Part shown: positions 50,416-60,935 of the stretch, piece after piece | Layout: each line of letters starts with the position of its first letter | Numbering within the stretch: the first letter of the stretch is position 1 | DNA from: Candidatus Bathyarchaeota archaeon | GTDB lineage: Archaea > Thermoproteota > Bathyarchaeia > Bathyarchaeales > Bathycorpusculaceae | Assembly: GCA_963827165.1 (NCBI GenBank) | Contig: CAWGZR010000005.1 | Location: 448,001 to 512,000 of the forward strand | DNA: 64,000 bases | Direction: 5' to 3' | The notes under the pieces: generated by a model | The model's input: only the letters and a program-made list of their open reading frames with translations | Databases searched by the model: none | What the model was told of the DNA's origin: nothing | Program-made: the position numbers and the translations under genes

Positions 50416-51266
50416 TGTGTTCCCTTAAACAGCAAGCGGCATCTTAACCGGTCATAAAAGTCGGCTTCAAACCTGATGAACGAGGTTACATTCTTCGATA
50501 CGGTGACTTTCAGCATTGGCTCCTCGCTGCCCACGACTTTACGGTATTTACCATCGATTGAGACCAACACTTCTTTGGGCTTGAAAACTTTGAATGTGGC
50601 GGTTGCCTCTGCGGGCAGAACAAGCGAGGGAAAAGCAGTTAACGGGCAGATGGGTGTAATAATAAAAGCGTTTGCCCCTGCATCCAAAACGGGTCCTCCC
50701 GCGGAAAGAGAATACCCCGTGGAGCCCGTTTGCGTCGCAATGATCAACCCGTCTGCTTGGCATTTGAGAATGGGTTTTCCATCCTTGCATATTTGACAGG
50801 AAAGAATACTCGATGGTTCGCCAGCCGAAATGACCACGTCGTTTAAAGCATCTGGAAAATGTTCATTCCCTGCAGCAACCGATAATTTCACGCATTTTTC
50901 CGTTTTGTATTCATCCTTCAAAATCTTATCCACTGCATCGCGTGCATTTTCAGGCTCCACCTCGGTTAAAAATCCTCTTTCACCCATGTTAACGGTCAAG
51001 ATCGGGGGCTCGGGTTTGGGAACTGTGATGCAGGTGCGCAATATTGTCCCGTCCCCGCCGATTGTTATTATGAAATCCGTTTGCATTTTTGAGAGAGAAA
51101 TCATCTCGGCATTCGCCGGCAGTTTGACCTTTCCCGCTAAAGTGTCTTCCAAATAAACTTTCAACCCTTTATTAGAAATATGCTCTGCAAGTTCCTCTGC
51201 AAGCTTTAAAGCTGCCTTCTTATCGTAGCGAGCAACCAGCCCCACAGTTGTGAACACTAAATCCAC
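50412..51266 (-). CDS. nadK: NAD kinase
   Basis: GGDGTIL, GFLT, DGLIIATQTGSTGYSLSAGGP. Confidence 0.93.
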   Translation of the reverse strand: MDLVFTTVGLVARYDKKAALKLAEELAEHISNKGLKVYLEDTLAGKVKLPANAEMISLSKMQTDFIITIGGDGTILRTCITVPKPEPPILTVNMGERGFLTEVEPENARDAVDKILKDEYKTEKCVKLSVAAGNEHFPDALNDVVISAGEPSSILSCQICKDGKPILKCQADGLIIATQTGSTGYSLSAGGPVLDAGANAFIITPICPLTAFPSLVLPAEATATFKVFKPKEVLVSIDGKYRKVVGSEEPMLKVTVSKNVTSFIRFEADFYDRLRCRLLFKGTQ

Positions 51267-51354
51267 GGCTCAGTAAAATAGCGTTCTCCACACTATGTAT
51301 TAAGCTTTTAAGATTACTCTTGCCGTTTCACCGCATTTCATTTTGCAGTTTTTG

Positions 51355-52155
51355 TTATCCTACTCGGAATGCTCTCATTGAAATTGAACCATGCTGAAAA
51401 CCTTCATGGATAAATTCCAATTTCTCGTTCTTTTGGAGTCCAATCACATAAATCATTGGAAGATAGTGATCTAGTGTGGGCACCGCGTAAATTGCTTCTT
51501 TACCGAGCCTGAGGTAGTCGATGAGGTGACCATGGTTACTTGAAACCAGAGATTGCTTGATTTCATTGTCAAACTTCACTGCCCATTCAACGGGGTCAGC
51601 GTCGATGTCAAAATCGATAAGCCCCAAGTTATGGACGATGTTTCCGCTTCCGATTATAAGCACCCCTTTTTCTCTTAGGGGCGCAAGCTCCGAAGCTAAC
51701 TTGTAATGAAACTCCAAAGGTTTCGGGTTCCAATTGTTATAAGGTGAGTAATCTAAACTCATCTCAAAAACAGGAATATTCGCTAGAGGGTACATATGTT
51801 TCAAGACGGCCCAAGCGGCATGATCCAAACCCCAGTCTCCACATTTTACTTGAGTTGACCTTACCAATTTGATTGTTGCTTCGGCGTCTTCGCTTGAGCC
51901 AGGGGCTGGGTAGTTTAGTCGGTACAGTTCATCTGGAAAACCATAGAAGTCGTAGATGGTCTTTGGTTTGTTGACGCATGTGACGTAGGTGCCGTTTGTT
52001 AGCCAGTGAGCTGATATTACAAGTATTGCTCGTGGCTTAGGGAGCTCTTTCGCAAGTTTGGCTATGCTTTTGGTATAGCTGTTGTCCAAAACTATGTTCA
52101 TGGGTGAACCATGCCCGATGAATAGAACTGGCATTTTTCCAAATGGTTTTGCCAC
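51355..52155 (-). CDS. 4,5-DOPA extradiol dioxygenase-like (YgiD/LigB family)
   Basis: FIGHGSPM, ISAHW, YDFYGFP, WGLDH, GSGNIVHNL, PTLDHYLP. Confidence 0.9.
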   Translation of the reverse strand: MAKPFGKMPVLFIGHGSPMNIVLDNSYTKSIAKLAKELPKPRAILVISAHWLTNGTYVTCVNKPKTIYDFYGFPDELYRLNYPAPGSSEDAEATIKLVRSTQVKCGDWGLDHAAWAVLKHMYPLANIPVFEMSLDYSPYNNWNPKPLEFHYKLASELAPLREKGVLIIGSGNIVHNLGLIDFDIDADPVEWAVKFDNEIKQSLVSSNHGHLIDYLRLGKEAIYAVPTLDHYLPMIYVIGLQKNEKLEFIHEGFQHGSISMRAFRVG

Positions 52156-52208
52156 TGTATCGACCTCAACAACACATTATGTTGAAGAACACTTTGTTCG
52201 GGCAAGAT

Positions 52209-52481
52209 TTATTTTTTTATTTTATTCGGAAAAACATTTTGATCTGCTTGTTCTTCAATCATCATCAACGTTAAGGTGGATAAAACCCCATTGGTGCTTC
52301 TGACTTTGCCCGTCACGATACCTTTCAGCTGTTCAGCCGTTTCTGCTTTGACCCTTATTATAAGGTCGTAAACCCCGTAGGAAACGTAGGCTTCTTCAAC
52401 AGCTTCGATGGCTTTGAGGTGTTGTAGCACATCTGCTTCCGAGCTGGGAGCGACGTTAAGGAATATGAATGCGCGTACCAT
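52209..52481 (-). CDS. Stand-alone Lrp/AsnC ligand-binding (RAM) domain protein
   Basis: EAYVSYGVYDLII...VRSTNGVLSTLTL. Confidence 0.85.
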   Translation of the reverse strand: MVRAFIFLNVAPSSEADVLQHLKAIEAVEEAYVSYGVYDLIIRVKAETAEQLKGIVTGKVRSTNGVLSTLTLMMIEEQADQNVFPNKIKK

Positions 52482-52816
52482 AATTACATCTCAACGTTAT
52501 GTTCAACCAATCATGTCGAAGCTAAAAATGTTGCGCATGAAGCCCAACAAATAGATATTTTCATTAAGTTGGGCGTAGTTTGCACGAGTCAGAATCAATG
52601 GATAAAGTCAAAATGAGACTGAGTGTCAAGCATAATTGAGATTAATCAGGTTGGCGCTAATAGATGTTAACCTTAAAAAGCAAAGATTTTTTTGAATCTA
52701 ACATATAATTCTACAAACGATTTGTAAGCTTTTCTCTTTTTCAACTCTTCCAATGTGTCTAGTTAAAGGGCCAAGATTAAGGCGAAATTCCCCGCCACGT
52801 CGAATGGGAAAGCAGA

Positions 52817-53037
52817 TGGTTAATGAATGCCTCTTGCGGTCGGCCGTTTCAAGCCCAGGAGATCAAAAAGGAAGAACTATATGCTTACGAGTTCCAAGAA
52901 CCCGGAAATCGGGAAAGCTCAGTCGGGGGTACGCGGAAAACTTCCGGGTCACCTACAAATGCGAAAACTGCGGTCATGAATGGACAGAAGTAAATGAAAA
53001 AGCTCTCCATGATCATTTGAAACCTCCTAAACTCTAA
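52817..53037 (+). pseudogene. Frameshifted zinc-ribbon protein remnant
   Basis: CGRPFQAQEIKKEEL in one frame and YKCENCGHEWTE in another. Confidence 0.4.
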
Positions 53038-53091
53038 ACTGCATGTTTGTCTTTGAACATTTCTTTTGGCGTTTAATTAGCATCGATGGCG

Positions 53092-53853
53092 TTATGATGC
53101 CATTTTATTAAGTGACCATAATCCCCATAAGAACACAAGGAATGCAAGTGCACCGGTGATGACAAAGCCCTCTATAACTCCGATGCTTTGAAAGTTCCCA
53201 GCAAAGAGCGAGCGTGTAGCGTTAACTGCATATGAGAACGGGTTAATCTTCGCTACGTCTTGCAGCCAGATTGGCGCAAGTGCGAGAGGAAGTATAATTC
53301 CCGATAGCAAAGAGACAGGCAATGTTATCGTGTTTAATGTGGGAGCAAGGGCGTCCTCAATTTTGTAAATAAGAGCGAAACCGTACGAAATAGATGCCAT
53401 AGTGAATCCGATTAAAGCGTACAGGACAAGCGAGAGTGAGAAACCGTAAACATTTACATTTAGCCCAAATGGAATGGCAACTAGCGTAATGAGGACGCAT
53501 TGAAGAAGAAGGATGACTGCATCCCTCAGAACCCTGCCTAAGAGGATGGCCGGTCGTTTCGCTGGGGTGACTAAAAAGCGTTCTATAACTCCACTTCTAA
53601 TATCGTCAATAAGTGAAAATCCTACGAAGGCGGTTCCAAAGAGCGCTTGAAGGACTAAGAGTCCAGGAATGAAGACGTCAACTGCTTTTCCCGCTGGAAT
53701 GCCCGGAACTCCGCCTAGTCCATTTAGTAGTGGCATAAACAAAAGCAGGTACATTAAGGGTTGGAACATGCTTACGAAAACAAAAACTGGGCTGCGAAGG
53801 GTGTGTTGCATGTTGCGGATAAACATTAGTTTGGTGTCGCGTAAAAGAGTCAT
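53092..53853 (-). CDS. ABC-2 exporter permease
   Basis: FIPGLL, ERFLVTP, NPFSYAVNATR. Confidence 0.9.
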   Translation of the reverse strand: MTLLRDTKLMFIRNMQHTLRSPVFVFVSMFQPLMYLLLFMPLLNGLGGVPGIPAGKAVDVFIPGLLVLQALFGTAFVGFSLIDDIRSGVIERFLVTPAKRPAILLGRVLRDAVILLLQCVLITLVAIPFGLNVNVYGFSLSLVLYALIGFTMASISYGFALIYKIEDALAPTLNTITLPVSLLSGIILPLALAPIWLQDVAKINPFSYAVNATRSLFAGNFQSIGVIEGFVITGALAFLVFLWGLWSLNKMAS

Positions 53854-54833
53854 TTTATTGTATCCTCCCTGAGTGAACGTCCCGTGTACTTAAGAAAAAC
53901 ATCATCTAAACTTGGTCTAGACAATGTCACACCTTGCGCTTCCAAGCCGTTTGCGTCGAGGGACCGGAGAAGCTCAGGCATAATTCTCTCTCCGTCTTTA
54001 ACAGTGAGATGCACGGCATTATTCTTAGTTAGAATTTTTTCCACCTTAACTTTCTCAGTTAATAAAGTTTCGGACTTGCGAGCGGTCTCCTCAGACGCGA
54101 AAGTAAATACGATCGTGTCGCCACCGACGGAGCTTTTCAATTCGCTAGGCGTTCCAGTTACGACGATTTTCCCATTATCTATTATCGCTATTATGTCGCA
54201 GAGCTTGTCAGCTTCATCCATGTACTGAGTCGTCAAAAAGATGGTGACTCCCGCCTCTTTCAACTTTCTTATTTCTCCCCATAGATACGCTCTGCTTTGA
54301 GGGTCAAGACCTGTCGTAGGTTCATCAAGAAGAAGCAGCTGAGGATGGTGAATCATGCCAAGAGCAATATCTAGTCGGCGCTTTTGGCCGCCTGAATAGG
54401 ATTGGGCTGGTCTCGCTATGAATGAGCTCATCTGGAAACGCTCAATGAATTCGGAGGCATACTTCTTGGCAGTTAAATCATCTAAACCATAAAGTTGAGC
54501 TTGCAGGACCAGGTTCTCAAGCCCTGTGGACGACAGGTCTGCCCCTCCAGCTTGACTGACACAGCCAATGTTCTGCCTAATCTCTTCCTGTTGCGCCGCC
54601 AAGTTGTATCCGAGAACTTTGGCTTCCCCGCCAGTGGGACACAGCAATGTAGAAAGCATTTTTTGAGTGGTGGATTTGCCAGCGCCGTTTGGACCCAGAA
54701 AACCGAAGATTTCCCCTTTCTTGACGCTTAGATCTATGCCTTTAACGGCTTCTACCTCTTTTTTTCCACCTCTACCCTTAGAAATGAAAGTCTTCCTAAG
54801 CCCCATCGTTTGAATCACAAAATCTTCCGTCGT
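53850..54833 (-). CDS. ABC-2 (DrrA-like) exporter ATP-binding subunit (start GTG 54818 or ACG 54833)
   Basis: GPNGAGKST, YSGGQ, LLLDEPT, PSLDDVFL. Confidence 0.92.
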   Translation of the reverse strand, partial: TTEDFVIQTMGLRKTFISKGRGGKKEVEAVKGIDLSVKKGEIFGFLGPNGAGKSTTQKMLSTLLCPTGGEAKVLGYNLAAQQEEIRQNIGCVSQAGGADLSSTGLENLVLQAQLYGLDDLTAKKYASEFIERFQMSSFIARPAQSYSGGQKRRLDIALGMIHHPQLLLLDEPTTGLDPQSRAYLWGEIRKLKEAGVTIFLTTQYMDEADKLCDIIAIIDNGKIVVTGTPSELKSSVGGDTIVFTFASEETARKSETLLTEKVKVEKILTKNNAVHLTVKDGERIMPELLRSLDANGLEAQGVTLSRPSLDDVFLKYTGRSLREDTIK

Positions 54834-55026
54834 CTTAAGTCACCTGTTAATAGTTGTCAAGCAAACCTTCCTCAGCCCCATACAAAACATCTATTTAAGA
54901 ATTTGTTGCGTGTTCTTGAGTTGTAAAATCTAAAAGTTTTGCGGAGACATTGAAAACTTAATAAATATCTATATATGGCTCTTATTCAGAATGCTTTGAG
55001 TAGAAATAGTTACTATTGGTGAGTGT

Positions 55027-55422
55027 ATGAGTAAACCTGTTGACGTCGGAGAATTACGCGTTGGCGGCTATATGATGATTGAAGGCGAACCCTGCCGCAT
55101 TGTTGACATCGCCAAATCTAAACCGGGAAAACACGGATCCGCAAAAGCCAGAATTGTGGCAATAGGTGTGTTTGACAAGCAGAAGCGACAGTTCGTTAAG
55201 CCAGTTGATCTCGGCGCAGAAGTTCCGATAATTGATAAGAGGGCTGGTCAAGTTTTCGCTGTTAATCCGACTGGGATACAGATTATGGACCTGGAAACTT
55301 ACGAGTACATCGACGCTCCCTTCCCAGATGAGGAAGAAGTCCCCAAAGCCAAGCTTGTTGCCGGCACCGAAATCGAATACTGGAAAATATTGGGCAGAGT
55401 AAAAATCGTCCGAGCCAAATAA
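55027..55422 (+). CDS. eif5a: Translation factor aIF-5A
   Basis: SKPGKHGSAK hypusine loop. Confidence 0.96.
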   Translation: MSKPVDVGELRVGGYMMIEGEPCRIVDIAKSKPGKHGSAKARIVAIGVFDKQKRQFVKPVDLGAEVPIIDKRAGQVFAVNPTGIQIMDLETYEYIDAPFPDEEEVPKAKLVAGTEIEYWKILGRVKIVRAK

Positions 55423-55433
55423 ATTAGCTGACG

Positions 55434-55449
55434 ATTTTTCTTTTCTTCC
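55434..55449 (+). terminator. Oligo-T terminator after aIF-5A
   Basis: ATTTTTCTTTTCTTCC shortly after the stop codon. Confidence 0.5.
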
Positions 55450-55671
55450 GAAATATTAATTTTACATTTATTTCCTGTTGGCATGCATGTTGAAAAGCAT
55501 CAATTCAACATACAAAAGTGTGCGTGCTGATTTAATGTCGGGGTAGTTTGTTTCGTAATTAGAAACCTATTGGTGCATCTTTTGGATCAGAGGTAGAATG
55601 TGCATTTCAAACAGGATGGAAAAAGGGTCAAGCGGTGAATTTGTGGTCAGAAACCATCACAAAAATGGGTT

Positions 55672-55869
55672 TTAGCTCCACCATTTCCAATCAAGCCATC
55701 TAAAAGCGACGTAGAGCGCCAGAAGAATTAGTCCCCAACTTAACGCGACACCTGAAATGACTAATGCAATGTTGTGAAGGTAAGTGTAAAAGGCCCACAT
55801 GTCAAAAACAGCTGGACCGAAAAGAAGCAAAAAGAAGATTGCCGCATGAATTAAACGCTCAGTATTCAA
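55672..55869 (-). CDS. Small two-TM membrane protein
   Basis: AGGTG SD 6-7 nt before TTG; two hydrophobic helices. Confidence 0.6.
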   Translation of the reverse strand: MNTERLIHAAIFFLLLFGPAVFDMWAFYTYLHNIALVISGVALSWGLILLALYVAFRWLDWKWWS

Positions 55870-55955
55870 CCGCTAACACCTAACCACTGATATGTGTCCC
55901 TGCTTGTTAAAAGATTTTTCATCAACGTTTATTTTCCAGATGAAGCTTTTTTAAG

Positions 55956-56025
55956 TGAAGCCAATGATGCATGAAGAGCCGTCTGAATAGTGAAGAACAA
56001 ATAATATGGGGAAACTGAGGCTTCA
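55956..56025 (+). ncRNA. Box C/D 2'-O-methylation guide sRNA
   Basis: Terminal stem TGAAGCC/GGCTTCA, C box ATGATGC (55964), D' CTGA (55983), C' GTGAAGA (55990), D CTGA (56015); 12-nt D' guide. Confidence 0.75.
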
Positions 56026-56130
56026 AACCAAACGGCATCTAATATGTGGTTGATTTAGGTGTTTTCTTGAGGTTTACGCTGCAATATTTATCTAAAGGAA
56101 CCGCAGCTTGATTATGACTGAGAGACTCCG

Positions 56131-57483
56131 ATGTCACTTGACAAATTAAGTTCTTCCTTAACCGACGCCATAAAGAAGCTTTTCAAGGCAGGTGTAGTGG
56201 ACGAAGCCACAGTGAAGGAACTTGTCCGCGACATACAGAGGGCGCTTCTTCAAGCCGACGTTAACGTCCAACTTGTCCTAGATATCTCCAAACGAATAGA
56301 AGATCGCGCCTTAAAAGAGAAAGTTCCACCAGGAATCTCAAGACGCGAACATATCATAAAAGTAGTGTATGAAGAACTCACGCGCTTCGTAGGCGACAAA
56401 CCCGTCCCTATCAAGATGGAGCCCGGCAAAAGGAAAATAATAATGCTCGTAGGGATCCAAGGTTCTGGCAAAACCACGCAAGCATCCAAACTTGCACGGT
56501 ACTACCAGAAAAGAGGCCTAAAACCCGCCTTGATTTGCGCTGACACTTATCGTCCAGGCGCTTTTGCTCAGCTTCAGCAACTGGCAAACAGAATAAACAT
56601 GCCTATTTACGGAGATATCACGTGCAAAGACCCAGTGAAAGTTGTCCGTGAAGGGCTAAAACAATTCGTTGGCAAAGACCTAATAATCGTTGATACAGCG
56701 GGCAGACACAAAGAGGAAAAAGATCTAATCAAAGAGATGAAGGATCTGGAGAAAAACATCAAGCCTGACGAAGTTATAATGGTTATCGACGGAACAATTG
56801 GTCAGCAAGCACTTATTCAAGCAAAAACGTTCCATGAAGCAACACCCATCGGCGCAATCATCGTCACTAAACTCGACGGCTCCTCACGCGGCGGCGGGGC
56901 GTTGTCAGCGGTTGCTGCAACAGGCGCACCCATAAAGTTCATCGGGACAGGTGAAAAAATCGAAGATATCGAGCCGTTTATTCCCTCCCGTTTTGTCGGT
57001 CGACTCTTGGGTATGGGCGATCTAGAAACGCTGCTGGAAAAGGTACATGACGCCGAAATCAAAGTGCCTCAGAAGAAAGCTAAAGAAATCCTCAGCGGCA
57101 AATTCACTTTAACAGACATGTACGAACAGTTCCAAGCGGTCAAAAAAATGGGGCCATTCAGCAAAGTGCTCAAAATGCTTCCAGGCATGTCTTCTGCAAA
57201 TGTGCCGCAAGAAATGCTCAACACAGCCGAAGGTCGTCTTGAAAAATGGGGCGTCATAATTCAATCGATGACGCCTCAAGAACGGGAAAACCCAAAACTG
57301 CTTAACTCGTCAAGGGCAAAGCGTGTGGCGCACGGTTCAGGAGCAACCGAAAAAGAAGTCAAGGAACTTCTTAAGCAATACGTTATGATGCGTAAAATGC
57401 TAAAGATGATGAAACGCAAGAAGAAATTGCCATTTGGACTCGGTGGCCAAGGCGGCATGCCCGCGAATTTTCCAGTAGGCTAA
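56131..57483 (+). CDS. srp54: Signal recognition particle protein SRP54
   Basis: [28 protein letters not shown] domain. Confidence 0.96.
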   Translation: MSLDKLSSSLTDAIKKLFKAGVVDEATVKELVRDIQRALLQADVNVQLVLDISKRIEDRALKEKVPPGISRREHIIKVVYEELTRFVGDKPVPIKMEPGKRKIIMLVGIQGSGKTTQASKLARYYQKRGLKPALICADTYRPGAFAQLQQLANRINMPIYGDITCKDPVKVVREGLKQFVGKDLIIVDTAGRHKEEKDLIKEMKDLEKNIKPDEVIMVIDGTIGQQALIQAKTFHEATPIGAIIVTKLDGSSRGGGALSAVAATGAPIKFIGTGEKIEDIEPFIPSRFVGRLLGMGDLETLLEKVHDAEIKVPQKKAKEILSGKFTLTDMYEQFQAVKKMGPFSKVLKMLPGMSSANVPQEMLNTAEGRLEKWGVIIQSMTPQERENPKLLNSSRAKRVAHGSGATEKEVKELLKQYVMMRKMLKMMKRKKKLPFGLGGQGGMPANFPVG

Positions 57484-57488
57484 GCGAC

Positions 57489-58820
57489 ATGGGTGTTCTT
57501 GAAAAAGCGCTTGAACTTCTTAGCAAATACCCCCTTTGCGACCACTGCCTTGGCAGACAATTCGCGTTGTTGGGGTACTGCATGGAAAACAACTTTAGGG
57601 GCTCAGCCCTTAAAGTCACATTAATCTTGCAAGCATCCGACCTTGCAAAAGAAGGTAATCCAGACGGCGTCAAGCGACTTAAAATCTTGGCGGGCAATGG
57701 ATTTTCAAAGGAAGCAAAAGAAACACTGCGACATCTCAAAAAGCGTGTCGCAAAAGTCTCCGATGACACAAAATGCTTTCTCTGCGAAGGAAAATTCGAG
57801 CTTCTTGATGAGTTAACTGAGAAATCTGTTGCCTCCATGCTGGGCTATGAATTTACTACGTTTTTAGTGGGAATCGAGCTGCCGGTAAAGGTTGAGGAAC
57901 GCGAAGACGAGTTCAAAGCTGCCTTAAACCTTGGCTACGGCGAAAGCATAAAGCATGAATTTGGACGCCTATTCGGCAAGTCCATTGCGTCCTGTACCGG
58001 TAAAGAAGCAGAATACTTGAAACCCGACTTAGTCGCGGTAATTAATCCTTTCAAGGAAACGGTTCAGCTTCAAGTTAACCCTCTTTTTGTCGCTGGCAGA
58101 TACCGCAAACTAGTACGCGACATTCCACAGTCGAAATGGTTCTGCTCAAGCTGCCGCGGAAAAGGCTGCGCGAAATGCGGTGGAACTGGAAAACTCTACC
58201 CTGAATCGGTTGAGGAATTATCTTCCGCTCCTTTGATGGAAGCAACTAAAGGTGAAAAAACAGCGTTTCATGCTTCAGGTCGCGAAGATATCGACGCTAG
58301 GATGCTAGGAACTGGACGACCCTTCGTTATCGAAATTTCAAGACCCAGAAAACGTTTTTTTGACTTAAAGGAAATTGAAAATAAAATCAATGCTGACGCC
58401 ACGGGGAAGGTCCAAGTTTCGCGGTTACGGTTCGCCAGCAAGGACGTGGTTAGGCGCCTCAAGAAAGGCGAATGTTCGCAAAAAAAGTATCGTTTGTTAG
58501 CGGAGTTTGAAAAAGAGGTTTCTGAAGAGGACTTGCACATGTTGCAAGAGAAGCTTAGCGGTGCTTTAATCAAGCAACAAACGCCTCTTCGCGTCGTGCA
58601 TAGAAGGGCGGATTTGATCCGAGAAAGGTACATATATAAGTTTAAAGTTAGGAAGGTGTCGCTTAAGAGGGCTCTGTTTGAAATTTATTGCCAGGGCGGC
58701 CTCTACGTTAAAGAATTGGTGTCTGGAGATGAAGGAAGAACAAACCCAAACGTTTCGGATCTGCTTGGAAACAGAGCGAAGACGCTTAAGCTTGACGTTT
58801 TAAAAGTCATGGTGGAATAA
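57489..58820 (+). CDS. pus10: tRNA pseudouridine(54/55) synthase Pus10
   Basis: CDHCLGRQF, GRYRK, SGREDIDARMLG, QQTPLRV, GGLYVKEL. Confidence 0.94.
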   Translation: MGVLEKALELLSKYPLCDHCLGRQFALLGYCMENNFRGSALKVTLILQASDLAKEGNPDGVKRLKILAGNGFSKEAKETLRHLKKRVAKVSDDTKCFLCEGKFELLDELTEKSVASMLGYEFTTFLVGIELPVKVEEREDEFKAALNLGYGESIKHEFGRLFGKSIASCTGKEAEYLKPDLVAVINPFKETVQLQVNPLFVAGRYRKLVRDIPQSKWFCSSCRGKGCAKCGGTGKLYPESVEELSSAPLMEATKGEKTAFHASGREDIDARMLGTGRPFVIEISRPRKRFFDLKEIENKINADATGKVQVSRLRFASKDVVRRLKKGECSQKKYRLLAEFEKEVSEEDLHMLQEKLSGALIKQQTPLRVVHRRADLIRERYIYKFKVRKVSLKRALFEIYCQGGLYVKELVSGDEGRTNPNVSDLLGNRAKTLKLDVLKVMVE

Positions 58821-58838
58821 TTAAAAGGTGAAATTTGG

Positions 58839-59144
58839 ATGAGAGGTTCAAAAGGTTATTATGCTGGTACTCGCAGCCTGCTGAGAAAGCCAATCAGGGA
58901 AAGAGGAAAACCAAAAATTAGAAAGATACTCCAGGACTATCCGTCTGGGTCACAAGTGATAATAAAGATGGATTCCAGCACACAGAAGAGTATGCCTCAT
59001 AAACGTTTCCATGGGAAGATAGGGACAGTTAAAGAAAAGCGTGGCCGAGGGTACGTTATTACAGTACCGCAAGGAAACAGCATCAAAGAAATAATTGTTC
59101 GCAGCGAGCATTTAGAACCCTATATGGGTAGTGGAACAGAATGA
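58839..59144 (+). CDS. rpl21e: 50S ribosomal protein L21e
   Basis: TRSLLRK, MPHKRFHGKIG, VRSEHL. Confidence 0.95.
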   Translation: MRGSKGYYAGTRSLLRKPIRERGKPKIRKILQDYPSGSQVIIKMDSSTQKSMPHKRFHGKIGTVKEKRGRGYVITVPQGNSIKEIIVRSEHLEPYMGSGTE

Positions 59145-59479
59145 GTAAAAGAGAAGTAAGCGAAAGCCGATTAACGTTGCCGCAAGTCAAGAAACTTTTA
59201 GAAACGATAGGTGAGGAAAACCTAGACCAGTTTCAACGGCGAACGCTGGATTACGTGAACAAGTTTTCTAAAGCTGATTCTGAGAAGGCGGAAGAGCTCT
59301 TGCAGATTCTTGTGAAGGAATACGAGATTGATGAGGCTGAAGCGATCCAGATCATAAATTGCATGCCTGAAACAGTTGATGAGCTGCGCGTTTTCTTAGC
59401 TGGCGGTCGGAAGATTATAGAAACCACGAAATTGCGGGCAATCGTTGACTTGTTGAATGAGAATAGGACTTTGAAGTAG
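59141..59479 (+). CDS. rpoF: RNA polymerase subunit F (Rpo4)
   Basis: QRRTLDYVNKFSK, QIINCMPETVDELR; conserved position after L21e. Confidence 0.9.
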   Translation: MSKREVSESRLTLPQVKKLLETIGEENLDQFQRRTLDYVNKFSKADSEKAEELLQILVKEYEIDEAEAIQIINCMPETVDELRVFLAGGRKIIETTKLRAIVDLLNENRTLK

Positions 59480-59542
59480 CCTAAAACGGCTAAGTATTTT
59501 TAAGCAGATAAGCACAATTACCTATAGGCTTAGTGACTACTA

Positions 59543-60109
59543 ATGGAAAAGCGGTATGAAGAGTACGCTTACGTACTAGATTTCCTGTCCCACGGCAAAC
59601 CGGGTTTCCGTCCAACCGGGCGTGCGGGTTACAGAGCGGGCGCTTTGATTCAATCTGTCGGCGAAGAATTTTTTACACTTTTAGAGGCTTTGGTTAAGGA
59701 GGGTCTAATGCTAAAGCCCGGTGACCGCGTTTATGTTGGGAAAGATTCACGTTCAGAGGTTACTTACATTATTGGGAGAGTCAGTTACGAAGAGTTGACT
59801 GCATCGGCCAAGGCGGAGCTTCCAAGCGTGATAAACCGCATTGTGCTCAACAGGGAGAAATGGTTTGTGAACTTTTTCAACACCGCGCGGGCAGTCACCC
59901 CCCGCATGCACGCTTTGGAACTGGTGCCTGGAATCGGAAAAAAATACATGTGGCAAGTTATCAACGAAAGAACACGCAAGCCCTTCGAAAGTTTTGAAGA
60001 CCTGCAGAAGCGAACTGAGCTGCCTAACCCCGTAAAATTGATTACAAAGCGGGTTATGGAAGAACTTGAAGGCGACAGCAAATATCGCCTTTTCACGCGG
60101 GCGCAGTAA
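59543..60109 (+). CDS. DUF655 family putative RNA-binding protein
   Basis: EEYAYVLDF, FTLLE, RMHALELVPGIGKK HhH. Confidence 0.88.
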   Translation: MEKRYEEYAYVLDFLSHGKPGFRPTGRAGYRAGALIQSVGEEFFTLLEALVKEGLMLKPGDRVYVGKDSRSEVTYIIGRVSYEELTASAKAELPSVINRIVLNREKWFVNFFNTARAVTPRMHALELVPGIGKKYMWQVINERTRKPFESFEDLQKRTELPNPVKLITKRVMEELEGDSKYRLFTRAQ

Positions 60110-60119
60110 GGCAAAACTG

Positions 60120-60935
60120 ATGAGCCTTGAAGAGACGAAGCAACTGCTTCGAAATCACCGAATCGTCCCTAACAAGCTTCTTGGGCAACACTTCATGGTT
60201 GAACCCGTAATCTACAGCAAGCTGTGCACTTATGCCACTTGATTTTTCTGATGTTGTGTTGGATGCTGGGGCAGGCTTCGGTTTTTTAAGCTGTTTCTTA
60301 GCTGACAAGTGCAAAGCTGTAATTGCAGTTGAAAAAGACCCGAAAGTGGCAGCGGTACTTCACGTTCAACTCAAAGACTTTGACAATGTGACGGTTGTAG
60401 AAGGGGATGTCTTGAAGACTGAGTTACCACAATTTAATAAGGTAATAGCAATTCCTCCATACTGCCTCTCTACCCATCTTGTAACGTGGCTTGTCGAACG
60501 AAAATTAGATTGCGCAATTATCATTATCCAGAAAGAATTCGCTGAGAAGCTAGTGCCTCGGCGGGAAACGAGGATTACGGCTGGTTAACTGTCCAAACTT
60601 ACTTGCACTCAGAGGCTCAGCTCTTGGACTCCATTCCCAAAGAAATGTTTTTCCCCGAGCCAAAAGTTGACTCCGTAATTGTTCGGCTAAAGCCTTGGAT
60701 TAAAAGCCCATTCGAAGTAAGGGACGAAGTCTTCTTCAAGAAAGTTACAAAATGGCTTTTCACTCAACGCAACAAAAAGTTATGCAAAGCAATTGTTCCG
60801 TTTTTGAAAACCAACTTAAATTTGAGCAAACAAGAGGCGGGAAATTAGCTGCCACATTACCCTTTCATGATAAGCGCCCAAGAGAGCTGACGCCTGAACT
60901 GTTTCGGAGAATTAGCCAATGCAATCCCCCGTTAA
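60120..60935 (+). CDS. rsmA: 16S rRNA dimethyladenosine transferase RsmA/KsgA, broken by about four frameshifts
   Basis: KLLGQHFM, VLDAGAGFG, IPPY, QKEFA, FFPEPKVDS, FTQRNK spread over successive frames. Confidence 0.85.
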
